A DNA stretch of 64,000 nt from Camelus dromedarius (taxonomy: Eukaryota). Below are positions 27,206 through 41,885 of this stretch, piece by piece. The position numbers and the translations under genes were made by a program. Position 1 is the stretch's first letter. Every line of letters begins with the position of its first letter. The notes under the pieces were generated by a model. The model did no database searches. It worked only from the letters and a program-made list of their open reading frames with translations, and was not told the DNA's origin. The DNA is taken from contig NC_087436.1 in the NCBI RefSeq assembly GCF_036321535.1, positions 74,526,001-74,590,000 of the forward strand, written 5' to 3'.

Positions 27206-28959
27206 CGTTCCTTTAAAGTAACTCTCCCAGCTCCGCATCCGCACTCATCCCCTCTAGGAAGGGGCACTGAATTTGCTGATGAGTGGCATGGAGAAGGAGG
27301 CGGGCACTTCTGTTATTCTGAAGTTAGGACTCTTAGTGACTATGTGCTGATAGAGGTATATAAGGTAACGCTGTTTTATAAAACCAAGAAAATGATTTAA
27401 TGCCAGTTCAGAATAGCGTTTGTCTCTGGTGGTGGGCGGGACGGAGAGGGATGCTGTCACATGGCGGACTCCGGCTTCAGAGCTTGTGATAGTGCTCCGT
27501 CTCTTGGGCTGGCCACTGGGTCTGTGGGTGTTTGTTCTCTCTGTGTGATAAGGGTATGTGATGGGCGCTCGGGTTTAAAGAGAGCTCTGGTTTCTAGCAT
27601 TTGGGGAAACAATGAATCTGTTCTTTTCCTCATTTATCCTGCTTTTTTTTGGAGCTCTTGAATCTTTCCAGTCTTAAAAAAACACCTGTTTGGACACAGG
27701 AGTTACAACTATATCCATCACAGTTATTTTTCACCCCCTGTACTTGTGTTAACATAATATCTAGGGCTTGTGAGTCTCTCCTTGTTGTAAGGTTAAAGAA
27801 AACCAGAGACTCCCAAGCCCAAATATGGGGCTAGAATCCTGAGAGCTCCTGGTGTGGGAATGGTCTGCTGACTGTGGCCCCCCACCACTCTGAGCCTGCT
27901 GGGTCACGTTGACCTTGGCCCACGAGGGCTGGTTGGTTGTTTTGCTTTCGGCTAGATAATAGGCTGGCTTTGTGGTGTCAGGAACTAGACTCAAGTTGTG
28001 CTTCTTGGACGGGATAATGTACTGTTTGACTTGCATTTGGATCTGTTCCTCTGTTGTGTCTTCTCATTTGGCCTCATATTTTATAATTCTGCTTGGATGA
28101 CTGGATACCTCTGGTAAGGTTTTATTTGAGGCCTGATACCTGCTTTAATGTAGACACTGGCATCTTTTCTTCTCTTAACCCCACGTGAGCAACAGAAGCC
28201 TGTAATTGAAGAATTAGAGAGTATTCACGTACCCTTCCTCAACAACCCCTCTCCCCTCATCTGTGTTACAGAGGAGAGAGTGAAGCCCAGAGAAACGGTA
28301 TTTGCTGTCATTTAAAGCCGACCCAAGCTGGCACATGGTGGGAAGCCCTAGAGGATTTTTAGCTGGGCAAAGTAGCTCTGTATGCGTGTGTGTTAGTTGT
28401 TTTCAGGTACGTAAGTCCAGCTTCATAATGCACTGTGGAATGAAGTGGAGAGAAAAGAGTATGGTATCCTAAAGAAAGCATATTTGGTGGGAGAGCAATT
28501 TAGACCATAGGAAAAGCTCAAGAGGAAGCAACTACCAATTTTTATTGGCAAGGGAGAAAATGGCATTAAATAATATGTGACTTTATTAAAGTTTGACTTT
28601 AGAATGCTTTGCCATTTGTTGCATTTAGAAATATTATTGCCTAAACAGATGGCATCTGAATATGGTTTCCATGGATCTGAGTAAGCTATTGATAATTACC
28701 TTGTGGATTGTTAGGAAATTGAAAAGCAGGTATTTTGTGTTGGTGCCACAGTGGCTGATGGTTTGGACGTTTTTTTTCCCAACTTGTGAGCTGCAGATGA
28801 GTGCGTGGAAAGGAATGTGGGGGCAATGAAAATGCCTTACGTTAAGTGAGACAAAAGTGAAATTGCCAACTAAGTGAATGAGCCGACCAGCTCAGGGTAG
28901 GCTTTAGAATTATGAATGTTAATTTCCCTAAGGGCAAACATATTACTAATTTTAAATGT

Positions 28960-29067
28960 TTATTATTTGGGGGGGGTAGTAATTAAGTTGTTCATTTATT
29001 TATTTAATGGAGGTACTGGAGATTGAACCCAGGACCTTGTGCATGCTAAGCATGTGCTCTACCACTG
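28960..29067 (-). mobile_element. tRNA-Ala-derived SINE (vic-1-like)
   Basis: tggaggtactggagattgaacccaggaccttgtgcatgctaagcatgtgctctaccactg; same family as the copies at 16.9 and 62.7 kb. Confidence 0.85.
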
Positions 29068-32000
29068 TAAAAGTTTTATTTCTTCGTATAAGCTCAGAAA
29101 TGGATAATGGTGTTCCATCAGTAAATCAATAGATGTTCATCTCTTCATTCTAATTGTAAATACCTAGGCAATGAGCCCTCACCTTTAGACAGGGTGAGGG
29201 AATGAATCTGGAGACATCCTCTCATCCCAAAAGGTGCGTCTCTCTTTTTTTGGGGGGGGGGATAATTAATTTGATATGATGTCTTGCCAGTTCCTTGCAC
29301 ATGGTAGGTAGGGGGACAGAAAATAGGCGTTCTTCTCTGTCTCCTACTGCTGAAAGTTTTTTGGCCATGCAGTCGTGTGTGTGCGCCTCAGTGGTCACTG
29401 AGAAGCTAAGGAGAAGAAGTGATGGAAATTTCTGGTGTGTCAGCCATGTGGCTTTCATCAGTCAGGACTGCTAACTGCACCCTGTCTTTCTTCTCTAGCT
29501 CTGATGCATTTTCTTTGCATTTTCTGTGTGAGCTTTGGTTGATTTTTCTCTGCAACTGGTCTTTATAGGCTGACCAGAGAAAATTAAGAGTGGCCCAAAT
29601 ACGGTAAATGTTTGTTAAGTAGAGAGCAGTGGTATATAATTCAAGGAACTAGGGAAGGCTTAATGAACAAAGGTGGCATTTTTGCCTGGAATTTTAAGGA
29701 TGGGTAGGATATGCCAGGGGAGATTGAGGATGGAAGCATTCTCTGTGTAGAGGTAGGTGTGCTTTGAAAAGAGTCAACTGTCCAGCTTAAAGTCTACATG
29801 GTGGTGGACTTGGAATCTGGCAAAACTGGTTTGAATGATACCTCTGCCATTTAATTGGGCTTTGGTTTCCTCATCTATAAAACAGAGCCAAAAAAAATCT
29901 GCTTCACGGAGTTTATGAGGATTAAATAGGCAGATGTTCTAAAGGTCCAGGTGTGGTGGGTGGCACAAAAGCACTCAGTAAACTAGTACTGATTGAAAAG
30001 CTGGAAGGGGAGACTAAGTGTGGTGGCCTCGGGGTGTGTTCGTGTTACTAAACTGCACTTAACACTGTAGTCTTTATATAAATGTTCAATTACTGCTTTT
30101 TGGTTGATTGATCAAGGGAACCGTTAGACCCCTGGCTAAAAAAGTGGTAGAGCCTGTTTCCTCTTTTCCCGACTCTAAATATTTTAACCTTCATTATTCA
30201 GGTATTCTAGGCAACTTTGAATTGATACTTTAAAAAGATATCAATCTACTTTTCCATCTCAATTCCATGAAGCTTCATGAATTCCTCTGTCCAGATATAG
30301 CTGGTTTTATAGTGATTGTCCCTTGAGTATTTGGGCATGCGAGCAGCCAGATGCCTTATGGCTGTCACACTGTCTTCCGAATTATTAATATCTGGTCTAA
30401 AGAATGGGCAGGAAGTTGGACTGAGGAGGAATCCTGGGGGATAGCTGCCAAGCCTGATTTCCTTACACTGGTGGTTTCAGCTGCCACAGTGCACAAAACC
30501 CACTCCTGGTAATAACCAACCTAAGAATGTACAGTTGGTGCAATTGTGGCAAAAGGGGTTTAACTCTGTGTAGCCATGATTACAGTAAGATATATGGTCT
30601 GACCCTCGCTATGTGGGAGGGATTTGAGGCTTGGATCCTTCTCAAATCCAAATGGCCAAAGTTACTCTTCTTGTTTTTGCCAGTGTAGTTATCACTTATT
30701 TTTCCCTGCCTGCCTTTCATTTTCACTACGTGAATAATAATTATTCTAATGAACCATTGAGGCTTTGGAAGGGTTTAATGGCAGCTCCTTGGATCAGTGC
30801 CTAAGACTTCTAATTCTGTTCTTTCTTTCACCCTGGGTCTCATTTAACTTTCTGTTTCTCCTTCCTAGAGAATGTGTGAATTATAGCAAGGATCTCTTGC
30901 CAAGCTATAATCTTTCAAGTTTCGATTTCAGTTTAATGCTACCCTGTAATCATCCTATCAAAGACTGTCAGAAACATACTCCCATTCACATATCCCATAA
31001 CTCTTAATCTATTAATCTAGGAGCATTGAGCTGGGACAGGACCCCATCTCAGTGAGAGGTCTGGGCTGCTGACCCTTTGTGGTTTGTGGGAACAACACAC
31101 ATGAAAATGGAACCTCTACGGTTGCATATATTTTATCATCTCTTTTTGAAAACTGATAGGATTTGGTAATAGACTGTTGTATGTAGTAGGGGTTTCCCAG
31201 AATCCTACTTGGGTTCTACCTGATTCTTCAGAAATAACATGATGATAATGATAATGAAAATGCCTCTTTAAGAGACAGTGGAGGTGGTGGAGGGGACTGT
31301 GGGAACATTCTTCTGTAACAGCATGTGAAAAGAAGATATGTTTTGCATTAGCTGATCAAGACAAGAAAGCCAGCATCTAAAATCATCCAACAATGGGAAA
31401 CTTTTGGGAGGAGAGGAAAATTATAATAGAGCCTCTTGGGTCTGCTTTCCTAAGCACGTCAGTATGTGTGAGAAAATCCCTAGTCCAGCTTTCTCTGAGA
31501 GCAGGGCAGATGCTTCTGTGATGTGCAGTTAACCTTCTATAATGCAGAAAGCTGTATGTTCTGCTAGTGGGAATATTTATTTATTGTTTTAGGGGTTAAT
31601 TGGTCCTATGTTTTTGAGAAGGAGAACAGAGTCAGGAAGGAATAAGAAAGCCTTAATTTGATTAGAATAGCAGAAATTGTAGCCATAAATATTGGAGTCA
31701 ATCTATTAGGTTCTTTGCAAGATACACTCCCCCCCCTTTTTTTTTTAATGCTCTGAAGGACATTTGCATCCAATAGCTTACCATTTGGATGGTTGCCCAG
31801 GCTGGTAATCTGGGTTAAAACCTTGGCTAGAAGGAAATTCTATTCCCAAGATCCCCTGGGCTGCTGCTCCAGTGGGAAGATCTGTTCCTAAGTGCCCTGG
31901 GCTGTAGGAAGCAGAAAAATCTTTCATGATGTGACCATCAGTGATTGTCCCTAGATCGTTTCCCTCACGCAACACTGGGACAGCTAGTGACAGATCCTGG

Positions 32001-32780
32001 GCACGTGTTTAGTTATGCGTTGCTTATATGTGCCTTTGCAGTGCGTCACTTTAAGGGGTATGTCCAGTAAATTGAAATGTTAATGAGTTTTATTTCGGCT
32101 CTTATATCCTCTACTCTGAGTTATTCTTCAGTTTCTCTAGTTCATTGATTTCCATGCCCTTTGGACCTCTTTCTTTTCCTGCTGTCTCCCTCGATAGACT
32201 CTGCTTCTTTCTTTCTCTCCTCTCATCTCCATCCCTTCTCTGCAGCTATGCAGATCTGTTTCACCTTATCATGAGCTGGATCAGATCTGGCCCCCTCTAA
32301 GAAAACCTTCCCTTTTTTGCTGTGGTCCATGTTATTCTCCATTGTCTCACCCTGATAACATTTGTACTATATTTCATCATCAGACACTTTGCAGTTGTTT
32401 TCTGTTTTCTCCCAGTGACTTTTCTCCCTATTAATGCATAAGTTCCTTAAGAAGCTTTTGCATTTCCTAGAATTCTTGCGTGTGACAGTCACCTAAGTGT
32501 TTGCAAAGTTGACTTCCGTTGTTGGAAGATTTCCTCTGAAGGCAAAGTGACCCTCCAGCTAGTTTGTTGTTAGCTGCTTACCATGTTTGGTGTAAAAGAG
32601 TGTGGAAATGCCTTGGTAAACTGATAGAGATCTAGTTTACTATATTTTTACTAATTTCTGCCCCTTCCTCCTCCCCAGAGACTTAGTTGTGTTTTGTTTT
32701 GAGTTAGGGAAATGCTAATGTTCATTATTTTAGTCTATCCTAAAGCCACCCAGGAGAACAGAGGAATATTATAACACACG

Positions 32781-33366
32781 TGTGGTTGGCAGAATCCTAG
32801 GTGGCCCCGCCGACCCAGCCCCCTGGTACACATGCCCCGTGCTGCCCCAGGACTAGTGATTATGATGCGATAGTCACACACACTAGGTTGTCTTATGGCA
32901 CAGTTGACTGTAAGATGTGAAGATTATCCTGGGGGGATGTGACTCAGTCAGTCCCTTAAAAGGGACTGGACTCTTTCTGAAGGAGATTTGAGATATGAGA
33001 GGGACATGAGGGATCTTCTGTTGCTGCCTTTGAAGATGAGGTGGCCATGTGGCGAGTAACTGTGGGGAACATTTTGGAGCTGAGCACAGCCCCCAGTTGA
33101 CAGCAAGGAGAGAAGGACCTCACTCCTATGGTGCAAGGAACTATATTCTGCCAACATCCTGAGCGAACTTGGAAGTGGAATTTCCCCCAGAGCTTCTGAG
33201 CCTGGCTAGCACCTTGACTTCTTCAGCCTTGTGATACCCTGAGCAGAGAACCCAGCCATGCCCCGCCCAGACTTCTGACTTGCAGAAACAAGAACTAATG
33301 AATAAGTGTTGTTTCCAACCACCAAGTTTGTGGTCATTTGTTGTAGGGCAGTAGGGACCCAAGACA
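32781..33366 (+). mobile_element. Near-complete MLT1 solo LTR
   Basis: TG...CA ends. gaagattatcctgg, ctgcctttgaagatg, gcaaggaact..attctgccaac, agacttctgac..gcagaaac, aagtttgtggtcatttgtt are all MLT1 hallmarks. Confidence 0.85.
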
Positions 33367-34901
33367 TGCCCTAGCTGTATGCGGACAACCTCTATTCCAT
33401 CCTGATCATGTTTGATCTAGGGCTGAGGTGAAGATGCAGTGCAACTGTTATCGCAGGAAGATCGTTGAGAATTTTGGTCAGGATGTTTAGTAATATTTAC
33501 AGAGTGATATCAGATATTCATTTGCATGTTTATTTCATAAGAATGTATTTACCGTGTCTTTGGTCATTTTGGGTATCATTCCTCAATTTCCAGGCACTAG
33601 AAATGTATCCCTGCACTCAGAGATGTTCTAGATCAGCCTGGCTGAGGAGCTGGAGATGCTTTAGGAGGAGAAGTCCCTGGTGCCCTTGCTTGTGACTGCC
33701 ATAGAGCTGGGCTGGATTTTTTTTCTTCTTTCTCAGAGACTGCCATTACATGGTCATGACAGTAACTGAAAACCCCTTCCATTTTCAGAAAGGGACAGAA
33801 ATAAATGATATCTTTCAAAAAGGAAGTGGCTAATTTATATCCGGTGACAGACATGGTGGCATAGGGCAGGAAGTGTCCCCTCCATATTTCATTCTTTGCT
33901 GATGAATGCCTTCAGGGAACAGAGATAAATGAGCTCTGCCATAGGATTTCTCAGCTAGGAAGCACTGAGGAACTGATGTGTGAACATGAGGAGTGGAAAT
34001 GTGTGGAACCGTAAAACAGTTGAGGACAAGGCTTCTAACTGCTGCGGGCCCTTGATTGTCTTTGACCTCCTGTTCATCACTGTTTTGAGAAAGCTTGTCT
34101 GGAAGGTCTACCATCCTGTAAAGGCAGGGCAGAAAGGACAAAAATGACCCAGACCAGCAACGGTGAGAATTTGGGTGGGTTCCTCCTCTGCAAGAAAGGT
34201 GATATGTTGGGGATAACATTGGGTTATTTGGGATCCCCTTGGAAAGTGGAGGGTTTTGAAATGATTAGTGACTCTCCGCCATGGTTTTCTCATTAGCTCT
34301 CCTTGGTGCTTGCTGAGCGAAGGGCTTTTCTCTCTCCGTGATGTCTATAGAGTGGTATGAGGGAACAGCTGTAGCATCTGTTTCCAATTGGATCGTGCCT
34401 TTCTAAATACCTCTTGCCTATTTGTCACATTGCTTCCCTCCCACCCCCGTCTTCCTCTGAGCCCTGCAAAATTTGTAAGAGTCCCTGGAATGCACACGTG
34501 GGCCTTGTCATTCCCAAACATGAGACTTTCTGCTGATCAGCACTTTGCAACGTTAGGCCCTTATAGGCGTTCATCACTTTGACTCAAACAGAAAGACTGG
34601 TCTTTGGAAACTTAAGAAAATGTCTTCTTTGTTGTTGCTGTTGGTTCTTGGCATCCAGTTAGATTTAACCTTTCAGAATTTACACAGGCTTTCAGAAAAA
34701 AGAAAACATTCTGACTGTAAGAAAAAACGTGCTACCACTTTTTACAGGTTTTGGATTGTCACACTTCGTAGCTCTTTGCTGCAAGTCTGTTTTACTAATA
34801 AGCCAGTACCTCCTCCTTCCCGGCCCTCCCCTCTCCTCCCGAGGATCCAGGGTTGTGAGCAACATGGGCTCTGTTCACTTCCTATATCCATTTTTGGAGA
34901 C

Positions 34902-35232
34902 TTTTTTTTTTTAATTGAAGTGTAATTGATTTACAGTGTTGTGTTGGTCTGTGATGAACAGCATAGTGATTCAGTCATATACACATATATATACTTTCTT
35001 CGTATTCTTTTTCATTATAGATTCTTACAAGATACTGACTGTAGTGCCCTGTGCTATACAGTAGGACCTTGTTGTCTATCTGTTCTGTACATAGTAGTTT
35101 GTATTTGCTAATCCCAAACTCCTAAATTTATCCCTCCGCCCCGCTCCGTAGCCATAAGTTTGTTTTCTGTGTCTGTGAGTCCGTTTCTGTTTCGTAAATA
35201 AGTTGGTTTGTGTCATTTTTTTACATTCCACC
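34902..35232 (-). mobile_element. L1 3' end fragment
   Basis: Poly-T followed by aattgaagtgtaattgatttacagtgttgtg...ccctgtgctatacagtaggaccttgttgtctatc. Confidence 0.9.
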
Positions 35233-38200
35233 TAACTGCTGTGTGAGAAATCTGATGTCGAATGGGACAAAGGTGACACTCACCACAGACAAAGGAGCAG
35301 GATCCTGGCTGTTCTCTGTGAGGGGGACGTGGAGAAGCCAGAGGAACAGGAGCCCGGGTGGAGGAAGAGCGGAAGCACGCTGTCCCCAGGCCTCTCGCCC
35401 AGGCTTCACCCGCTACCCTGCCCGTTCTTGTCCCAGGCCGGCCCAGGAGGACGGAGGGCAGGGCGCCCGGCGCCAGGCTCGCCCTGGGAGCTCGCCGAGG
35501 TTCCGCCTCTCTCCGCCTGGCCGTGTGTGTAGGGAGGACCAACCAGCCGCTGTACCTGCCCCCTTATCTGAGAATGAGGAGGTTGGAAAATACGATTTCT
35601 GTGAAACATCGCACTAGATACAAAGTGGGGTGAGGTCTGGTGGGGGTGGTGTTAGGAAAAGAGGGTCGTCCAAGTCATGGGTCTGCAGGCTCAGAAATAG
35701 AAATCAGCTGGTGATGCACTTATGTCAGCTAAGAGGGGTGGGTGGGAAAGGTTTGGCCCAAAAAGGGGTGATGGGTGGTTATTACGTCCGGGTGCAGAGG
35801 AGAAAATCTAACCTGAGACTGACAGCTTCAGGAATCTTCGCTGTCCAATTTGGAGGAGAGCGAGGGTTTAAGATGATGAAACAGTAGACTTTTTTCTTCT
35901 GCAAGAGGGTAGAGGCCTATAAATTTATGCAGATTTTTGGCATGCTTACGAATTGATATTATTCTCGGGGCCTCTAATTCTTTGAAGTAAATGTTGCCTC
36001 CATTTGACATAAGAAAATGGGAGGAAGGGCAGATTTGAATTGAGAATGAGGGATAGAGTGCTTTCCACTTAAAAGAGGTTGGCTTAGAGGTGCCTGGGCA
36101 TTGGATGCACAGGAGGGAGACAGGGCTGCCGGTCATGACTTGGAATTTGTTAGCCTGTGGTTGGTCACTAACCGCATGGGCAGGGATGAAGTTGTCCAAG
36201 AAAAGTGTGTCAAAAGAGCTGAGAGGATGGGGAGGATTATATTAATTCTTGCCACAGCTTGGTGAGCTAGTTTATTTTAAAGCTGACAAAACTGAGGCTG
36301 AGAAGTTAAACGACTTACCCCAGATCACACTAAAGAGCTAAACAGTGGCAGAGTTGTCCCGAGTCCCCTGACCTCAGGTGTCAAATGCCTTCCACTGCAC
36401 CATTCTGCTTTTTTGCTTATTCTCATCACTTTCTACATGACTTGGTTCTGTTTTTAGAAGAAATAACTACTCATTTATTTTATCTTATAACCTACCCATT
36501 AGTTGCAATGAAAATTTTTTAGTATTTATTTATTATTATTGTTACTTGCATTTCCTGATTTTTAAAATTTCTTCTTTTCTATTATAAAAGTGTGAAGGTT
36601 TTTTTTTTGGTAATAATTCAAATATTATAGAAACATAACAATTAGAAAGTAAAAATTCCCTATAATTCTACTGTCCCCAAAGAAAACCCCTATACCATAT
36701 TATTTCTGCAAGGATCTGGAAAAGCAAAATTTGTTCCTCCACTGGGAGTCTCTCGGATAGAGTTGCTTAAAGATGGCATTGACATTAGGGCAGTTACTGG
36801 GTATTTAGTAACCAAGATCTTTTCTGGTTACTTGGTGCTGTGTCAGGGATGGCTCTCTGGGTTTGATAGTCAGAGCTGACATCTTCAGCTCTGTGGCTTG
36901 GGGACTGGCCCCTGGCTGCTTTTTTTTTTTTTCCTCTCAATCCTAGCTTCCAGCTGGGCTGCACCCAAGTTCTTTCCTCATATGGTTTTCCTCCTCACGA
37001 TCCCCTCTCCTTCCTGGCTCGCTCTCTTCTGCTGCTGTGAGAGACAGTTTCCTTGAGGGCTTTCTTGGCTCCATTCTGGGGATTTCATGGTATAGATGAC
37101 AAGCGAGGTAGCAAATGTTGTCCAAGTCATCCGTAAAGAACGCGCTCCTCATTGGTAATGAGATGCCGCCGACATTTTATGTTATGGAAGTGACCCCAGC
37201 ATTGCTGAGCCCTGAAAACATCCCAGTGCAGGCTTCATAGTTGTGGTTTGGGTTGAGACTTTGCATTCCAGTGTTTTCCCTTCTGCATGAGAACTAAGGG
37301 CGTTTCCTATCTTCCCACCAACTTTCCTTTCTTTAAAAGAGAATATGAAACCAGTTCAGTACTCTCTAGAAGTGTATGTATTTACAAAACTGATCAATAG
37401 GATACTTGGGTAGAACTTACTTCTTGGACAGTTTGTGAGGCCAGGATTTCTCCAAATACTGGGAAGTGGCTGGTGATCGGTCAGTGATTTCATATGAGAA
37501 AAAGGATGTTCTAGTCTTTGCCTCTCTCCACCTGGATGTCATCTGTAGTACCGAAACAGAGCCTCAAGAAAGACTCTATCTAAGGCGATGAAGGAGTACG
37601 TATCTCTTCTCTTCTCTAAGTGGGCATCTTTATGGGAAAAGAGAGTAAAGGGAGGGAGTATGCCCCATGGTTCCCTCTCAGCTCTATTTAAGATTGGAGA
37701 TTCATTTTCTTAAGACTTGAGTCTTAATTATTTCTGCCTCCTCCCATCAGGCAATTCTGGTCAAAAGACTTTTTGTTTTCATCTGAATACAGAAAACCTG
37801 CACATCAGCTGTATATAGGAGCTGTCTACTAAATTAATATCGAAAAATGCTGCAGAATAACACGTGTTTCTACACACTGTAAGCTGGTGAATTCATTGGA
37901 AGAAAGACTAGTTCATCACATGAGTTGTAAAGGTTGCATCACATCCTGTACTTTGGATAGATTATGATTATACGTCTGTGACTATTGGATTAACATCTGT
38001 GTCCCACTAGACTGTATGTTCCATGAGTTAATGCTTTGTTTTCTCAATGTCATCATCTCCTTAGCATTCAGTACTGTATCTCACACGTTTGTACTCAATA
38101 AATATTTCTTCTGTGAGTGAAAGCATGAATAAAGATTTGCTTTTCTTCTTGAAGACAGATGATTAACTTACACAGAAGAGTTATTTTCTATATTTTGTTT

Positions 38201-39380
38201 TGAGGCTATAAACCCACTTTTCAAAAAGTGCTGGAAGACTGCAGATATTGCTGAAGGAAAAAAAGTTTTTAAGCAGGACAGTTGTAGGGAGTGGGTGAGT
38301 AACTTTTGCTTTAAAACTAAGTCAAATTATTAGAGTTAAGCAAGCAAAAATGCGAAGTTCATGTGGAAAACACAGAGGTACACACAAAGATTTCTATTAC
38401 ATTTGGAGTTAACCAGGATAACTGACAGTAATTCCCTTGCAAGCATCATGCAAAAATTGAGTCATCTTGATCTGACGAGAAAAAATACTACCAAGTTTTT
38501 GCCCTGTGTTGACTTTCCTTAGGCAAAATGACCGATTTAGATTTATGCATCTCTGATTTCCAGACTTAGGAAATCTTAGAATTAGCGTTAGAACCAAAGA
38601 CTGCTTAGAGGTCATTTTGTTAAATCTCATTTTGCAGATGAGGAAACATAAGCCCAGAGATTAAATGCCTTGGATCAATATAATTCATTATCTACAAAAT
38701 GAGGCTTTGAGAAGAATGTAATTTCTAGCTTTCTAGTAATAAAAGAAGTTATCTGTTAATTTTAAAGATAATAATTTAAATATTAAAGGAGAAAAGTCTT
38801 TTTAAATTTTAATTGTAATAGCTAATTTTAAAGGTAATAATTCTAACTGTTTTCAGCGTACAGGAAAACATGTCACCTTGGTAACACGCGCTCCTGCTTC
38901 CGTTGACTGATAAGGATCAGCAGCTGTAGACCACCTACTAACCGTGGCTTCTGAGGCCTTTGGTTTTAAAAGGAAAGAAATGGGTCATCACCTTGAGTAT
39001 GAGTGAATAGAATCCATCGGGGCACATCCAGTTTGTTAATTTCAAGAGGCTCTAGACCGGGTTAAGAGAGAAGGAAGAGTGAAGATGGGGGCCCCTTCAT
39101 GGTCTCCAGCTGTGGAGGATGTTGCTGCCTGCAAATGGGAAGGGACGCTGTGGCCTCCCTGACCGCCCCCGCCCCCCCCCCCCCCAAGCTGTGTAAGTGA
39201 GCTTCCTGTTGAGGGTGGATTTTCTTCACACTAGAGTCCCCATTCTCTTGCCTAGTTCTTTTTCCCACTTTGTTCCTCTGTTAGTGATGCTTCTTCCCTG
39301 GTTAGTTGGCGGGCTTTGCCCATCTGCAGCTTCTCCCAGTGCACCCATAGGAGAGCTCCTGATTTTAAAGTTAAAACTGT

Positions 39381-39665
39381 CTCATAGAAAAAAAAAAAAA
39401 TTATGGTTACCAGCAGAGAGAGGGGGTGGGAGGGATAAATTGGGAGTTCGGGATTTGCAGATATTAACTACTATGTATAAGATAGATAAACAACAAGGTC
39501 CTACTGTATAGCACAGGGAAATACATTCACTATCTTGTAATAAACTAGAATGAAAAAGAATATGAAAAGGAATATATATGTATACCTGAATCAGTATGCT
39601 GTACACCAGAAACTAATACAACATTGTAAATTGACTATACTTCAATTAAAAAATAAATGAAATAA
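39381..39665 (+). mobile_element. L1 3' end fragment
   Basis: gggataaattgggag...aacaaggtcctactgtatagcacaggga...gactatacttcaattaaaaa. Confidence 0.9.
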
Positions 39666-40909
39666 CATTACATCTGTTTCTTCCTCCCACCTAATTTAGG
39701 GGAAGGAAACCCCAGTTTGCTGAGGACCTCTTCAATGCTGGCACTCTCACACATACCGTTTCCTTAGTTCCTCCCAGCCACCCTGCCAAGTCCTCCATCT
39801 TTACTGGTGGAGCAACAGAGACTAAAACAAGTAGGGATTCAAAACCACGGCTGTCTATATCCAAGCCTTTTGCCGTCCTGCTTCTGGCTAATCAAGATTG
39901 GAAATTGTGGAACATACTTCAAAGCAGCACTCAGAATGTAGGTGTTGGCACACATTCTTCTATCATTTGTTTTATAATTATTTCAGTAGTGAAGTCAGCT
40001 AGGCATCTTCTGAAAAATGTGTTAATTATAATCTTCAGAGTTCACATTCCTGATAAAGTGACCCTTTGAGCATAGATAGCATTTATTTGGAAGGCTCCTG
40101 CAAGCTAGACTTTTGTTTTCCTGGTAGATTAGGAGAGCGCCAACCTTCCTAAAAGAAGCCCCTCTGAATTTCCGTAGCCAAAAGCTACCTGTTTCCCCTT
40201 TGTCATCCCAGAGTTAAAGTGATGGTATTAATCACTTTTATCCTTAATAATATTACATTTATTTATGTCCTGCTTCTACTGCTCCATTGTAAATCTCTGA
40301 AGGGCAGGAAGAGTGTTTATCAGTGAATAACAAAATAACGTATTTTGCCCTCTTAGAGCTTTGAGCAATGAGGTTTTTTTTGAATGAACAAATAAGTAAT
40401 TGTGTTCATGTCAAGACGATCTGAAAAGAGAAAAAATGAGATTGTCAAGTTAAAGACTGGTTGCTTTATTTTATACCATAGAATTTAGTCATAACCCATT
40501 TCAGGATGGAGTGGGCATAGAAACCATGTGAGTACAACCCCTCCCTAGGTAGATTAGCAAGTGGAGGACTAAATCAATTACGGTCTTACAGTTATTACTC
40601 AGTGCCTCCAAGTTGGCACTTTCATCTCAAAAATGGTCCAAACCAAGTTTTTTATTATTGACTTCATGTGCCATGGATGCAAAAATCAAAGTCTGCTCTC
40701 AGCATCGCCAGGACCAGTGAAAATATATATTTATGGCTACTGTGCCAATTCTAATTCTCAACTTCCACTCTTATGGTTGCCATAGAATTATGATTTTAGA
40801 GAACTTTTTTTTCCTTTCTATTTTAGTATATTGGATTTCAAAAGCAGCTAAAGTCCTTGTGTTGTTTGGGGCTATGTGGGAACTTAGATCACCATGCGAC
40901 AACAGTGAC

Positions 40910-41150
40910 TAAGTGGGAGGACTCTGGACTCTGGAACCTGACCTCCTGGGTTCACATTTCAGGCTCTCATTACAGGTCTTTTTGGCTGTGTTACCTTGAG
41001 CAAGTTACTGAACTTTTGTGCCTCTGTTTTCTCAACTGTCAGTTAAGGTCAAATAACAATAGTAATTACCTCACGGAAGTGTTAAGATGAACTAACTAGT
41101 TCATTGATGTTTAGGGCTTTTCTGGAACATGGGTCAACAAATGTTAGCTG
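40910..41150 (+). mobile_element. MIR SINE
   Basis: ggctgtgttaccttgagcaagttactgaacttttgtgcctctgttttctcaactgt. Confidence 0.8.
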
Positions 41151-41639
41151 TTCTGATGATGATCATGGATACCAAATAGTTTGAGCAACTTTTATCCAAT
41201 CATTATTTTCCTTTTCTTGATAAGGGGAGTATTTCCTGAAATTTTCCTGAGTAAACATTCCTGAGATTTCATAATAAAGACAATGCTGGAGATAAAATTT
41301 CTGTGGGATCTTGAATGTTTGGCTGTGTACACATTGGGTCTAAGGCCCTTCCAGATAGAGGAAATAGTATGAGTCAAGTCTGATGGGGAGAGCCCTGGGG
41401 TTGTCCCAGGAACTGTTAGTAATTCTGTTTAACTGCAGTGGAAGGTGCTCCCTGGGGAGGCGTAGGGTATTCGATAGGAAAAGAGATTTGAATTTAGCAC
41501 ACGAAGGCCCTGAGATGGCAGGCCGGGGAGTTTGGGTTGAGGGCCTTTGAGTACTAGGATCCCTTTGGCAGCAAGGCAGAGAGGGGAAGGGTTAGAGGGA
41601 GTGGGATCAAGGCAAGGAGACCTGTTGGAAAGCTGTTAA

Positions 41640-41885
41640 ATTAGTACAGACATACAACATTAAGAGTGAACCCTAACGTGAACTGTGGAACTTGGTTGAT
41701 AATAATGTGTCCATGTTGGTTCATTGATTGTACCAAATACGCCACACTGATAAGGGATATTGAGAGTAGGGGAGTATATTTTGTGAGTGGGGAGTGCTTT
41801 GTGGGAACTCTGTATTTTTTGCTCAACTCTACTGTAAACCTGAAACTGCTCTAAAAAAATAATCTATTTAAAAAAATATTACAAA
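41640..41885 (+). mobile_element. Old L1 (L1MB/MC-like) 3' end nested in a minus-strand L2 (~41400-42190)
   Basis: aagagtgaaccctaacgtgaactgtggaact...ctgtaaacctgaaactgctctaaaaaaataa; both flanks are purine-rich and L2-like. Confidence 0.7.

Noticed and set aside
27312..27417. Imperfect inverted repeat (gttattctgaa...ttcagaatagc), possible snoRNA or MITE
   Set aside because: Short stem only; no canonical C/D or H/ACA boxes and no clear TSD.
35210..35887. Cluster of 60-135 aa ORFs
   Set aside because: Artefact of the local GC-rich patch; no homology or exon structure recognised.
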